Shown here piece after piece: positions 13,559 to 26,345 of a DNA stretch of 64,000 nucleotides; position 1 is the first letter of the stretch; the number at the start of each line of letters is the position of its first letter. The notes under the pieces are model-generated. The model made no database searches and was not told the DNA's origin. It saw nothing but the letters and a program-made list of their open reading frames with translations. Both the position numbers and the translations under genes were made by a program. The stretch covers positions 16,492,001 through 16,556,000 of the forward strand of contig NC_042999.1 of the NCBI RefSeq assembly GCF_006345805.1, read 5' to 3'. Source of the DNA: Octopus sinensis. Taxonomy: Eukaryota.

Positions 13559-13850
13559 GAGGCGCAATGGCCCAGTGGTTAGGGCAGCGGACACGCGGTT
13601 GTAGGATCGCGGTTTCGATTCCCAGACCGGGCGTTGTGAGTGTTTATTGAGCGAAAACACCTAAAGCTCCACGCGGCTCCGGCAGGGAGGAGTGGCGATC
13701 CCTGCTGTACTCTTTCGCTACACCTTTCTCTCACTCTTCTGTTGGCCTGCTCGCTTAGCCAAGCCAGCGGGGTGGCGTCATTTGAAGGCTAAAACAATGC
13801 ATTGTGACCAGCGATGTGTAGCAACATCTGATAGCCTGGTCGCTCACGGT
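13558..13850 (+). mobile_element. SINE family C (tRNA-derived head)
   Basis: GGAGGCGCAATGGCCCAGTGGTTAGGGCAGCGGAC..GGTTTCGATTCCCAGACCGGG. Confidence 0.9.
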
Positions 13851-13950
13851 TATATATATATATGTGTGTGTATATGTATATGCATATGAATATGCATATG
13901 TATATATGTATATACTTATATGCATATATATGTATATATATATATATACA

Positions 13951-14183
13951 TATCTGAAAAACCTTCATGGAGTAGGAGTAGATGTTTTCAAGAAACAACT
14001 TGATCTGCTGTCCAAGGTCCACGATGAACCTATATCACAGCAAGAGACTCCAAAGAGGGCAGCTGTGTCGAGCTCACTCCCTCATAAAAAACAATCTCTT
14101 AAGAATTGCTCCTGAAAAGGTGATGACACTGGCAGTGCTCCAGCATGGCTACAGTTTTTGGGCTGTAACATAAACGAAAAGAA
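13951..14183 (+). mobile_element. CR1/L2-like LINE 3' end
   Basis: Translates LKNLHGVGVDVFKKQLDLL.SKVHDEP...RAAVSSSLPH, a typical CR1/L2-group ORF2 C-terminus. Tail GGCAGTGCTCCAGCATGGCTACAG follows. Confidence 0.6.
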
Positions 14184-14194
14184 ATGAGGAATAT

Positions 14195-14269
14195 GAGTGT
14201 ATGCATGTATGCATGTACGTATGTATGTATGTATGTATGTATGTATGTATGTATCTATTTATCTATCTG

Positions 14270-14324
<55 letters not shown>

Positions 14325-14357
14325 GTCTATCTGTCTATCTATCTATCTATCTATCTA
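14195..14357. repeat. (TATG)n(TCTA)n microsatellite; further (TCTA)n blocks at 14657-14760, 16612-16690 and 17298-17516
   Basis: Directly visible. Confidence 0.95.
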
Positions 14358-14655
14358 TTGATCGTTCTTTTTTTTCCTCTTCCCCTTTTTTCCCCCTTTT
14401 TTCTTCTTTTTTCATTTCTCTTTCCTTTTGTTCCTTTTCCTTTTCTTTTTTTTTCTTTTTATTCTTTTTATTTTATTCAATTTTTTTTTGTTTTTGTTCT
14501 TTTCTTCCCTTTTACGATCCCTCTTGATCGAAAACCTACGCACCCCCTTTTTTTCTTTTCTTTTTTGTTTTTTGTTCTCTTCATCCCCCAAAAGAAAAGC
14601 TCTACCTTGTAACTTGTCCCATCTGTGTGCAGCCCTGTGTGGCCAATAAAGAAAC

Positions 14656-14656
<1 letters not shown>
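14355..14656 (+). mobile_element. Tx1-type element copy A (3'UTR only)
   Basis: Near-identical to 16998-17297, with the same 3' end. Bounded by (TCTA)n on both sides. Confidence 0.9.
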
Positions 14657-14738
<82 letters not shown>

Positions 14739-14760
14739 CCTATCTATCTATCTATCTATC

Positions 14761-16611
14761 TACGCGGACGACACGTGTCTGCATACGCGGACGACGTCAC
14801 CGTCATAGTGTCTAGCCACGAGCACATCGAGCAGGTCGGCGAGACACTGAAAAACTACGAAGCGGTGACAGGAGCGAAAATCAACCGGGAAAAGTCAGTG
14901 GGCTTGCGACTAGGCACCTGGAGAAGCAAGCCCATGCCGTCCACCAGCGCCTCCGTCGTGGGACGCTGGACCGACGGCCCGGTTGAGTTGCTCGGGGTCT
15001 GGTTTGGTCCGGACCTCCAAGTGGAGAAGAACTGGAACGAGATAACGAGTAGGGTGGTCACTCTCGCCCGGCAATGGGCCGAGAGGAAACTGTCCCTAAA
15101 AGGTCGGGCGGAGGTGGCGAACACGTACATCGCGTCCGTCATCTACTACCGCCTGACCGTCGTGCCTTGTCCCGACCCTACCATCACCAAACTACAACGC
15201 ATTCTCTTTCGCTTCTTGTGGAAAGGATGCGTCCCGATGGTCAGGCGATCCAATTGCTGTCAACACCCGTTAAAAGGAGGACTGTGCATGCCGTGGTTGA
15301 TGATGCGCAGACACGCGCTGAGACTGCGACATCTCTGGCTCTATGTAGACGACGGTGAACAGGTGTGGTCGCCGTTTGTGAGGCACGCTTTCCCGCAGCT
15401 CGTCTCCATGACCGAACTGCAGTCGTGGATCAAAAAGAGGCCGAGGAAGGGCGAATGGCACCGCGAGTGTCGCGTTGCTGTCAAGCAACTCTGCCGTCCT
15501 GGGTCGACCTTGAGTGACTTCATCACAACCAAAGCATTCTATAGGGGATTAGTGGAGGGGAGGTACGACGACGAGCTCAGGGCGAACCTGGACGTCGACA
15601 AGGAGTACCTGACCCGCCTATTCGGGACGACTTTCGGGCCAGGGCCCATGGACAACTTCCAGAGATCCCTGGCCTGGCAGTGCTACCGAGAAGCGCTACC
15701 CGTTCGGGATAAGCTCTACAGACACGGCTCGAGAAACACGGGGCCGACCTGCCCGAGATGCGGTCAGACCTGTGGGCTTATGTCGAACAACTGCTGTCAC
15801 GTGTGGGACGAGTCGGTTTATCAGCTGAGTCTATCGTCAATATTGTCACGCCTCCTTCCTTCAAACGGGAAGGAAGAGCTATTTTCATCACCCTTGTGGC
15901 TATGGCGAAAGAATGTATCTGGTGGACGCGTCTGAAAGGATTGGAGACAAACACTTTCCTCTCTGGTCAATCTCTCATCAACTTCTTCAAGTACCACTTG
16001 AAAAGGAAAGTGAGAGTAGAGAGGCAAGTTTTGTCTAGCGAATGTTTTAAAAAAAGATGGGTGAATGTAGCAAGGATGGCACGTATGAATGACGAAGCCA
16101 CCTTGAGCATAACCCTATGAACCCAGAAATTGAAAACAGAGGGTTACCCACTTGCAAACAAATGTGGTAACATATAACAATATTGACCAAGGTTACCGTG
16201 GTCTTTTTCGTAGGCTTTTCTTCCCACGGATAAACCTTACTTGCTTTCCCCTTTACACCATATATCAAAACACTGTGATACACGATTCCTATTGATCGTT
16301 TTTTTTCCTCTTCCTCATTTTTTCCCCTTTTTTCTTCCTTTTTCATTTCTCTTTTCTTTTGTTCCTTTTCCTTTTCTTTTTTTTCTTTTTCTTTTTTTAT
16401 TTTTTATAATTTTTTTATTTATTTATTTTTTATTTTTATATTTTTTTTTGTTCTTTTCTTCCCTTTTACGATCCCTCTTGATCGAAAACCTACGCCACCC
16501 CCCTTTTTTTTGTTTCTTTTGTTTTTTGTTTTTTTCATCCTCCAAAAGAAAAGCTCTACCTTGTAAACTTGTCCCATCTGTGTGCAGCCCTGTGTGGCCA
16601 ATAAAGAAACT
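14761..16611 (+). mobile_element. 5'-truncated Tx1-type (L1 superfamily) non-LTR retrotransposon, copy B
   Basis: RT from YADD (14784-14795) through LSLKGRAEV, FLWKG and ALPVRDKL to a zinc-knuckle start CPRCG. 3'UTR ends ...CCAATAAAGAAACT directly into (TATC)n. Confidence 0.9.
14773..16120 (+). pseudogene. Tx1-type ORF2 C-terminal half (RT domains 5-7, CCHC region), frameshifted near 15766
   Basis: ORFs 14625-15935 and 15758-16120 join across an internal deletion in the zinc knuckle. The N-terminal YLSI repeat of the tracked ORF is only (TCTA)n. Confidence 0.85.
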
Positions 16612-16631
16612 TACCTATCTGTCTATCTATA

Positions 16632-16690
<59 letters not shown>

Positions 16691-16693
<3 letters not shown>

Positions 16694-17297
16694 CTTCAAG
16701 TACCACTTGAAAAGAAAAGTGAGAGTAGAGAGGCAAGTTTTGTCTAGCGAATGTTTTAAAAAAGATGGGTAAATGTAGCAAGGATGGCACGTATGAATGA
16801 CGAAGCCACCTTGAGCATAATCCTATGAACCCAGAAATTGGAAACAGAGGGTTACCCACTTGCAAACAAATGTGGTAACATATAACAATATTGACCAAGG
16901 TTACCGTGGTCTTTTTCGTTGGCTTTTCTTCCCACGGATAAACCTTACTTGCTTTCCCCTTTACACCATATATCATAACACTGTGATACACGATCCCTAT
17001 TGATCGTTCTTTTTTTTCCTCTTCCCCTTTTTTCCCCTTTTTTCTTCTTTTTTCATTTCTCTTTCCTTTTGTTCCTTTTCCTTTTCTTTTTTTTCTTTTT
17101 ATTCTTTTTATTTTATTCAATTTTTTTTTGTTTTTGTTCTTTTCTTCCCTTTTACGATCCCTCTTGATCGAAAACCTACGCCACCCCCATTTTTTTTGTT
17201 TCTTTTGTTTTTTGTTTTTTTCATCCTCCAAAAGAAAAGCTCTACCTTGTAAACTTGTCCCATCTGTGTGCAGCCCTGTGTAGCCAATAAAGAAACT
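16691..17297 (+). mobile_element. Tx1-type element copy C (ORF2 end + 3'UTR)
   Basis: Matches 15982-16611. Bounded by (TCTA)n on both sides. Confidence 0.9.
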
Positions 17298-17324
17298 TAC
17301 CTATCTGTCTATCTATCTATCTAC

Positions 17325-17390
<66 letters not shown>

Positions 17391-17395
17391 GTCTG

Positions 17396-17458
<63 letters not shown>

Positions 17459-17463
17459 GTCTG

Positions 17464-17516
<53 letters not shown>

Positions 17517-17825
17517 ACATGTATGTATTTAAGAACGGCCTCTGTTTTATACTTTCGATCTTATTAAGCCTTATTAAATTACTTCCTACTAATGACTGCA
17601 TTTCTGGCGGCGAATAATTATCATATATCTACATCTACACGACTATCTTAGGCATCAGTCATTTGATACCTTATTACTGAATGCAATCGTAGTACTGAAC
17701 TTAGTACTAGGTACGATTATTTTTATAAGGGTACTAACACCCTAAGCTTGTTTGTTACCAGTGACACTTACTGTTTTACTTCTTTTAATTGTGTCAATCC
17801 TATAACTGTATCTACAATACAATAC

Positions 17826-18135
17826 GTGGAGGTACATGTCCTAGTAATTAGGGCAGCGGACTCGCGGTCGAGGGATCGCGGGTTCGAATCTCAAACCGGG
17901 CGATGTGTCTGTTTATGAGCGAAACGCCTAAGCTCCACGCGGCTCCGGCAGAAGATAATGGCGAACTTCTGCTGACTCTTTCGCCACAGCTTTCTTTCAC
18001 TCTTTCCTCCTGTATCTTGCAGCTCACCTACGACGGACCGGCGTCCCGTCTAGGTGGGGAACCTATATGCCAAGTAAACCGGGAAACTGGTCCTTATGAG
18101 TCAGGCATAGCTCGAGAAGTAACAAACAACAATGC
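17826..18135 (+). mobile_element. SINE family C
   Basis: Head homologous to 13558. Confidence 0.85.
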
Positions 18136-18159
18136 AATGCATTATTGGGGTTTCGTATA

Positions 18160-19067
18160 TCTTTTCGTTCTGAGCTCAAATTCCGCCGAGGTCGACTTTG
18201 CCATTCATCCTTTCGGGGTCGATAAATTAAGTATTAGTTGCACAAATCGACATCCCTTCTCCTCCAAAATTTCGGGCCTTGTGCCTAAAGATTACCACAA
18301 TTACATAAGGTTTGAACAACGTTTCTTCTGAAAGGATTCTGAAGAACCTGTCACGTGAATATCATGATTTCCTATCAAATAGACGTCAATTTTGTAGTTG
18401 ATTTAAAATCGATTAATTTTGTTCAAATTCGAAATCTTAGAAATTTAAATTTAACTGTTGTCGCTACTATTAAGAAATAGAATTTTCTTTACAGATTTTT
18501 TAACTAGTCTAAGGCGGCGAGCTGGCAGAAAGGTTTGCACGCCGGGCGAAATGTTTAGGGGTATTTCGTCTGCCGTTACGTTCTGAGTTCAAATTCCACG
18601 AATTCGACTCTGCCTTTCATCCATTCGGGGTCGATAAATTAAGTGCCAGTTACGCACTGGAGTCGATGTAATCGACTTAATCCGTGTGTCTGTCCTTGCT
18701 TGTCCCCTCTAAGAAACAGGTATTTCGTCTGCCGTTACGTTGTGAGTTCAAATTCCGCCGAGGTCGACTTTGCCTTTCATCCTTTCGGAGTTGATAAATT
18801 AAGTACCATTTGCGCAGTGGGGTCGATGTAATCGACTTAATCCCTTTGCCTGTCTTTGTTTGTCCCCTCTGTGTGTAGCCCCTTGTGGGTAGTAAAGAAA
18901 TAGGTATTTCGTCTGTCTTTACGTTTTGAGTTCAAATTCCCCCGAGGTCGACTTTGCCTTTCATCCTTTCGGGGTCAATATATTAAGTACTAGTTGCGTA
19001 CTGGGATCGGTTTTATCGACTGTCCCCCTCCCCTAAAATTTTGGGTCTTCTGCCTAGAGTAGAAAAG
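18160..19067 (+). mobile_element. SINE family A cluster (fragment 18160-18290, trimer 18513-19067)
   Basis: Repeated core with tail A, tail A, tail B in the trimer. Confidence 0.9.
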
Positions 19068-19566
19068 AAGACATTGTTGGGATGTTTATGTGATAGAAAA
19101 AACGAAAATGAAAAAAAAAAAGGCATCGTAGGGGTGATGTGTACCCTTCGCGCAGATAAATTTTCCCGTAAATTATTGTGTATATATTGTGTATATATAA
19201 ATATAGTGCGTTGCTTACCCAGGGTTTTTAATTGAAATGAAATATTTGTTTTAATTGTCACCATTTTAGATATTTATACTCCGGTAAAACTAAGAAATCA
19301 AATCGTAAAGAAACGACACCCCCAAATCAATCACTGTATACACACACACACACACACAACACACACACATAGACACACACACACAGATGCACACCCACAT
19401 GCACACACATACACACACACATGCACATACATAGACACATACACATACACACATGCACACGAACCCACACGCCTGCGTTGCACGCTTCAAATGGATTTCT
19501 GCAGAGTACAAGATACTTGGCTGACAAACCGGATAATCAGAGTGAACCCGAAACCATAACATTTAT

Positions 19567-19796
19567 TTTTTTTATTACCCACAAGGGGCTAAACACAGAG
19601 AGGACAAACAAGGAAAGACAAACGGATTAAGTCGATTATATCGACCCCAGTGCGTAACTGGTACTTATTCAATCGACCCCCCAAAGAATGAAAAGCAAAA
19701 TCGACCTCGGCTGAATTTGAACTCAGAACGTAACAGCAGACGAAATACGGCTAGGCATTTCGCCCGGCGTGCTAACGTTTCTACCAGCTTGCCGCC
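19567..19796 (-). mobile_element. SINE family A
   Basis: Full reverse-complement copy. Confidence 0.9.
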
Positions 19797-20359
19797 TTCC
19801 GAAACCATAACATTGAGAAACGAATTTCTAAACTCTACAGCCTTGCCTGCGCACATTTTTAGGTTATTTGAATTCTCTCACAGTTAAAACCAACTCCATA
19901 AAGCTGATGTCAGTATAGAGTTTATTGATTTTAGCAAGCTTCATATTAACTGCTTTTCTGATTTTTGCTTAATTTTTCCCTGTGGTTCTCTATCAATCAT
20001 AGATATTTCATTTCATTGCAGTATATAATTTCCTTTTTGGCACCATATATATTCAACCATTTCTGATTCAGATATTTCTAGTCTCATAAAGGATTTTTGA
20101 TGTTCCTATATTTTGACCTTTCGAGCGTTCTTGGTGTCTTCTTTATGAGACCTCCCCCAAAATACGCTGAATGTTATGGATTACAGTTTTTATATTCAAG
20201 CCATTCTTGGGCAGGCTTACTCTTAGCGAAGAATAAACAGTGTATTGTTAATTCTAAATGTAGTTTTCTTATTGGATAGGGTTTCCGTAGACAACATTTT
20301 ACAATTAGCTGGACTTTATTTTAACCTCTATTTTTATATTGCAGTATAGCTGCATTTGG

Positions 20360-20710
20360 AACGCGCATGGCTCAGTGGTTAGAGCGTCGAGCTTACGATC
20401 GTGAGGTTGTGAGTTCGATTCCCGGACCATGCTCTTGAACAATACACTTTATTTCACGTTGCTCCAGTTCACTCAGCTGTAGAAATGAGTTGCGACGTTA
20501 CTGGTACCAAACTGTATCAAGGCTTTTCCCTTTCCCTTGGATAACATCGGTGGCATAGATAGGGGAGGCTGGTATGCATGGGCCACAGCTGGTCTTCCAT
20601 AAAAACAACCCTAGGTTGCGCACTCGCCGGTGAGGCAGCTTTCCGCCCAGACTTGTACCCCGGAGGGGAACCTCTTAGGTGCACCTATGGTCATTCATGA
20701 CCGACGTAGT
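20360..20710 (+). mobile_element. SINE family C
   Basis: Homologous to 7038. Confidence 0.85.
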
Positions 20711-20757
20711 CAACGTATTCGTGTTATGGCTCCAGTCATTATATTCCGGATTGGGAG

Positions 20758-20950
20758 GGCGGCGAGCTGGCTGAAACGTTAGCGCGCCGGGTGAAATGCT
20801 TAGCGGTATTTTGTCTGTCGACTTTGCCTTTCATCCTTTAGGGGTCGATAAATAAAGTACCAGTTTCGTACTGGGGTCGATGTAATCGACTTAATCCGTT
20901 TGTCTGTCCTTGTTTGTCCCCTCTACGTTTAGCCCCTTGTGGGAAGTAAA
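20758..20950 (+). mobile_element. SINE family A (internal deletion)
   Basis: Head joined directly to core. Confidence 0.9.
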
Positions 20951-21245
20951 AAATATATATTCCGGATTGGGTATTTCTTATTCAAGAGTGTAGTTTTTAG
21001 GCGACTCATCACTTATTCTTTATGGTTGGCCTTTTCGTTATTCTTCGACGGTATCGCAGAGACAGTAGCATACCCATTTCTTCTATGTCGGGGCTGTTTC
21101 CAGAGGCAAGTGTCTAGCCCTAAGTGAATATACTCTCTCTATACTCATGGCTACTCTATGAAGGAAAGACGAGTCAGTATGTTCGCAGAATCTATGGAGC
21201 CGCAGGGTTGGGTGCCAGATATTGGTTAGGTACCAGATATTGGTA

Positions 21246-21467
21246 AGGCAGCAAGCTGGCAGAATCGTTAACACGCCGGGCGAAATGCTTAGCGGTATTT
21301 CGTCTGCGGTTACGTTCTGAGTTCAAATTCCGCCGGGGTCAACTTTGCTTTTCATCCTTTCGATTAAATAAGTACCAGTTACGCGCTGGGGTCAATGTAA
21401 TCGACTTAATCCGTTTAATCTGTTTGTCCTCTCTGTGTTTAGCCCCTGGTGGGTAGTAAAGAAATAG
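21246..21467 (+). mobile_element. SINE family A
   Basis: Head, core and tail A. Confidence 0.9.
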
Positions 21468-21875
21468 ATATTGGTTAAGTACAACCGTACAAAACTGCCT
21501 TAGAGTATCCCCTCCGGATTTTCGGTAGGGGTTTACTCCCGAGATTTTTTAAAGCTCAATATATTACCTAGCAAAGCAGCTTGAATATATTATAGCGGGT
21601 ACGGCTTGTGCACAGTCAGTCTCTCTCTCGATGTTAAATTTTCATCAGTTCGGTGTAAAAAGCCCCGAGTCCATTAGTTACCATGATGCAGGGTTTGTAA
21701 ACAGTTACCTTCTATTTGATGGACAGCTAAAGGTCTGAACGGCCTCATTCTGCTCTTGGTCAGTTGGGGGTGTCTGTCAGGAGGGACTTTCTTGCGGAGG
21801 TAATTCCATGACTTGCTAAGTAACCCACAGCTCGGACTCTGGAAGGTGCTTCTACTCCGAATCAGAGTAGATCTC

Positions 21876-22256
21876 TTTTACTCTTTTACTTGTTTCACTC
21901 ATTTGACTGGGGCCATGCTGGAGCACCACCTTTAGTCGAGCGAACCGACCCCAGGACTTAGTCTTTGTAAGCATTATTACTTATTCTATCGGTCTCTTTT
22001 GCCGAACCGCTAGGTTACGGGGAAGTAAACACACCAGCATCGGTTGTCAAGCGATGTTGGGGGACTAACACAGACACACAATCATACACACACACACATA
22101 TATATATATACATATATACGACAGGCTTCTTTTAGTTTCCGTCTACCAAATCCACTCACAAGGCTTAGGTCGGCCCGAGGTGTCACGCAGTGGGACTGAA
22201 CTCGGAACCATGTGGCTGGTAAGCAAGCTCCTTACCACACAGCCATTCCTACGCCT
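21876..22256 (-). mobile_element. SINE family B
   Basis: Full reverse-complement copy. Confidence 0.9.
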
Positions 22257-22434
22257 ATAGATCTAGGAATACATGTGACCAAGAGGTGATTCGATACTTC
22301 TCAAAACGATGGAACCCCAGAACCAGCTTCCTACTACCGGCTGCAGTTTAAAAGTACATTGAATAAGCCGACAAATTAGAGCAAAACGCTTGATGTTGTC
22401 TCTTGAAATGTTTGTAGATATTTTCCATCTGACA

Positions 22435-22830
22435 TGTTTTAGTGTTGAACTGTGGCCATGCTGGAGTACCATCTTGAAGGATTTAATCAAAGAAATCAAC
22501 CCCAGTACTTACGATTCTCTTTTTGCTTTAAAATAAGGAATTGGCGGTTGTCAAGCATTAATGGTAAATGTGACAAACACATTCATAAAGATACGATATA
22601 TAGGCACACATATATACACAAATACACACACACATACACACACACACACTCACGCACACACTCACACACACAGCATACACATATACGACATGATCAACAC
22701 AATTTCTTTTAACTGAATTGAGTCACAAGTCTTTGGTTGATCCGGAGCTATTGCAGGAGACACATACCCAAGGTACTCTGCAGCGGGCGGAATCCGAAAC
22801 GACATGGCAGCAAAGCGAACTTCTGAACCA
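22435..22830 (-). mobile_element. SINE family B (degenerate)
   Basis: GGCCATGCTGGAGTACCA tail and CA repeat. Confidence 0.6.
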
Positions 22831-24489
22831 CTCATCTATGCTTACAAACAATATTCAAAAAATTCCAAATGCTTCATCTCTGAAGGTCGAGGTAAGGGCT
22901 TGAAAAATTATCATCTTGTTAATAACATCTCATCTCAAAACATTTCGAACATATAATAATCACGTGTTGTTATAACGTGTATAATTGTAATTGAAGGCTT
23001 TTGTTTTATAAAATATAATTATTGGCAAGCTATTGAAATGTGATTTCTGCGAATATGGCAAATAATCTACACGAATCTGCAGAGCACTTCAGTTTCTGCA
23101 GGCAGGTTCGTAATAATGGTAACGGTGGGTGCGGTAGAGAGTTAGAGGTATGTAAACTTCTTAGCAATATCCAAGTGGTAAGGAGTAATTTGGGGGAAAA
23201 ACAAGGAGAACAGTTCCAATTAGCGATAACAATCAGGAAACTCTTCTACACGACATTCAACCGTTATTATACGTTTTTAATGTATCTATGTAATTTGAAA
23301 ATCAATTTTGCTGAAGTAGAAAGCTTCGCGGATTGTTTTTGTTTTATCAGTTTACCGATACGTTCAAAATCAATTAACGGAGAAATATTCGTATACTGTT
23401 TCTGTATCTTGCACACAGAGTTTAGAATACGTTCTCCGTTATTTCATAAATTTCCCACAAGTGAACGAACCAAACGACGAGAGCCGCTGGTGACTTTTCT
23501 ATTAAGTCGGTGCGTTGCATTGTAAGGAAAGAATAATCATATGGTTATCAGTTCTTTTGGACGATTATAAAAGGCATACACTCAGTGAAGCACGCATTAT
23601 GGAAGTATGTATATTAACTCAAATTCCGGACTTCTCATACTGTTAACTTCAATGGTTCTCTCGAAATAACTAACAATTTCGCTTAAGGCAATGGAAAGTT
23701 AGCAACTTAATGCTACAGACATCAAAGCTGTTTCGTGTCGTTCTGATTGTTATCGGAATGGACTAACTCTCGCTTTACTTTGTTTGGTTCTACTACCAGA
23801 CCCACCTCCGTTACAAAACGCCCTTTCTACTCGAGATGCGAAATCATCGGACTCATTTAATTTGAAGGGTGGGAGAGCCCTTTGAAATAATATCTTTCAT
23901 TTATTCGATTATCGTGTAAAAACCACAACATGATCGGTTTTCGGATCATCGATTATAGAACAGCGTTCGCAACAATCAGAACATTTGACATATACATTAT
24001 TGGAAATTGAATCGTATTTCCGTGTAGCAAGAACGTGAAACAGTTTTGTATTCAGCAAAGCAGAACAATTAAATAGCTCCGTTTCTTGCTCACATGAAAA
24101 CAATAACCAAAATATTTTAATGTCCTACAAAGCTTATCATTGTCTCACGTAATATAATTTACTTGCCGTTAAAGTGTATGGTAGCAGCTACTAACTTCAA
24201 AGGGTAACATTCGATCAATCCCAGAATTAAATGTTGGTTGGTGAGAGAGTGGGGAGAAGTGGGGGTAGAAGCCAGATGCATTAAGCCAGTGAAGGAAGAT
24301 TGAACAAATGAGAGAGGATGAGAGAGGAGGGAGAAGGGGGAAGAGAGTGGTGGGAGGTGGGGGATGAAAAAGGAGGATGTAGACGAATGATAACAGGAAA
24401 ATGAAGGGTATTGAGAGGCAAAGAGATAACGACAAAGATAGAGAATCATAGAATATAGGAGACGTAGAAGGGGAAGAAACACGTGGACG

Positions 24490-24526
24490 AGAAAAAGCGC
24501 GATGAAGATAGAGAGAGAGAAAGAGT

Positions 24527-24560
<34 letters not shown>

Positions 24561-24820
24561 AAAGAGTGAAAGAGAAAGAGAAAGAAAGAAGGACAGAGAA
24601 AGAGAGAGAAAGAGAGAAAAAGAAGGAGAGAGAAAGAGAGAGAAAGGAGAGAGAAAGAGAGAGAAAGAGAGAAAAAGAAAGAGAGAGAAAAAGCCATAAA
24701 AATATTTTAGGAGGGAAGTCAGGGAAGTACGGGCAAAACGTTCTAGAGTAAGAGAGGAACAGGGAGAGGCACACAGAGAGAAAGAGAGGCAGAGGGAGAA
24801 ATAGCGAGAGAGAGAGAGAA
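24490..24820. repeat. GA-rich microsatellite
   Basis: Directly visible. Confidence 0.95.
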
Positions 24821-25454
24821 AATTCTATAAAAGCATCAATTAGCTATAATATGTCTGGTTATTCATTAAGTAGCCAGCATTAAGTGGCAGAAAATTATAA
24901 TCCTTGCGTTGGATTGCCTGAGTATTTCATTAGTATCCTTTATGCAGCTCTCGTCTTCCATAGTAATTTCTTTCCCGTTGCTTGATTTACTTTTCTAGAC
25001 AGTCAGGCCTGTGGTGTCGCAGTAATTCGTAGCCATCTTGAATAAGGTGTCAACAGAGCCATGCCCGAGTGCATACGATATTAATAGTTTCCGTCACGGA
25101 TTGAAAACTCGGATCGTCCACGAGAACAGAAATTTATGTTTTTAAAACTATCTCCCACCCACCCCCAGCTTGTTATTTAATCCGATTTGATCCTATTTAA
25201 CCTCGGTGTAGAATATACGATGTCAAGATATTGATAATTTGCTTTTCGCATTGTCGTGAAGTCCAACGTTTTCAGTGGAGAGAATAGAATAGGTTATGGT
25301 GCTTACGCCTTAAACAAGAACTCTTATCAATATAAACAGAGTGATGGAATCCCAAACGGTAACAGAAAGACAATCTTCAGCTAAATTTCATTAATGAAAG
25401 TATCATGGAATCGCGGCGACAACGTACTGTGAGCGAAAACGTACTGTAATATCA

Positions 25455-25669
25455 TCATCATTCTTCTTCTTTCTTCTCTTCTCTTCTTCTTTTCTTCTTC
25501 TTCTTCTTCTTCTTCTCTTCTTCTTCTTCTTCTTCTTCTTCTTTTCTCTTCTTCTTCTTCTTTTCTTCTTCTTCTTCTCTTCTTCTTCTTTCTTCTGTTT
25601 CTCCTTCTCCTCCCTTCTCTTCTTCTTCTTATTATTATTACTATTATCATCATCATCATATTATTATTA

Positions 25670-25703
<34 letters not shown>

Positions 25704-25770
25704 TTATTTATTATTATACTATTATATTATTATTATTATTATACGCACACACATATATTCTATATCTATC

Positions 25771-25827
<57 letters not shown>

Positions 25828-25942
25828 ATTATATATAATATATGTGTATATATATACATATATATATATATATACATATATATATACATACACACACACA
25901 CATATATATATATGTATATGTATAATATATGTATATATATAT

Positions 25943-26025
<83 letters not shown>

Positions 26026-26070
26026 TATATATGTATATATGTATATATGTATATGTATATGTTCACACAT
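25455..26070. repeat. Compound (TTC)n(TTA)n(TCTA)n(TA)n microsatellite
   Basis: Directly visible. Confidence 0.95.
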
Positions 26071-26345
26071 CTAATTAATATGTTTAGTTATGCGGTAATG
26101 GAAAGTTGCGACGAGTTTGCTTGTCTCGAGCGATTTAGTAATTTAAAGTGAGGTTTCACTAGCGCAATGCTAATAGAATTATGAATCCAATTCGCTGGGA
26201 TGGTAAGTAATGTATACTCGGTTGACCAATGTAAATGACAAAATCCCCAAGACCTTCCTATTGTCATTTTATACAGAAGGACAAAGCTCCGCATATTTAC
26301 AGCGGAAATCCATTTTAAAGAAGTTGAACCTAAATAGATGTAGAT

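Noticed and set aside
13558-13632. tRNA genes at SINE heads (also 7038, 17826, 20360, 33270-33347, 63971)
   Set aside because: A and B boxes are present but the cloverleaf is imperfect and each continues into a shared SINE body.
23040-23525. 161-aa ORF in unique sequence
   Set aside because: No recognisable motif, starts at GTG, and there is no splice or homology support.
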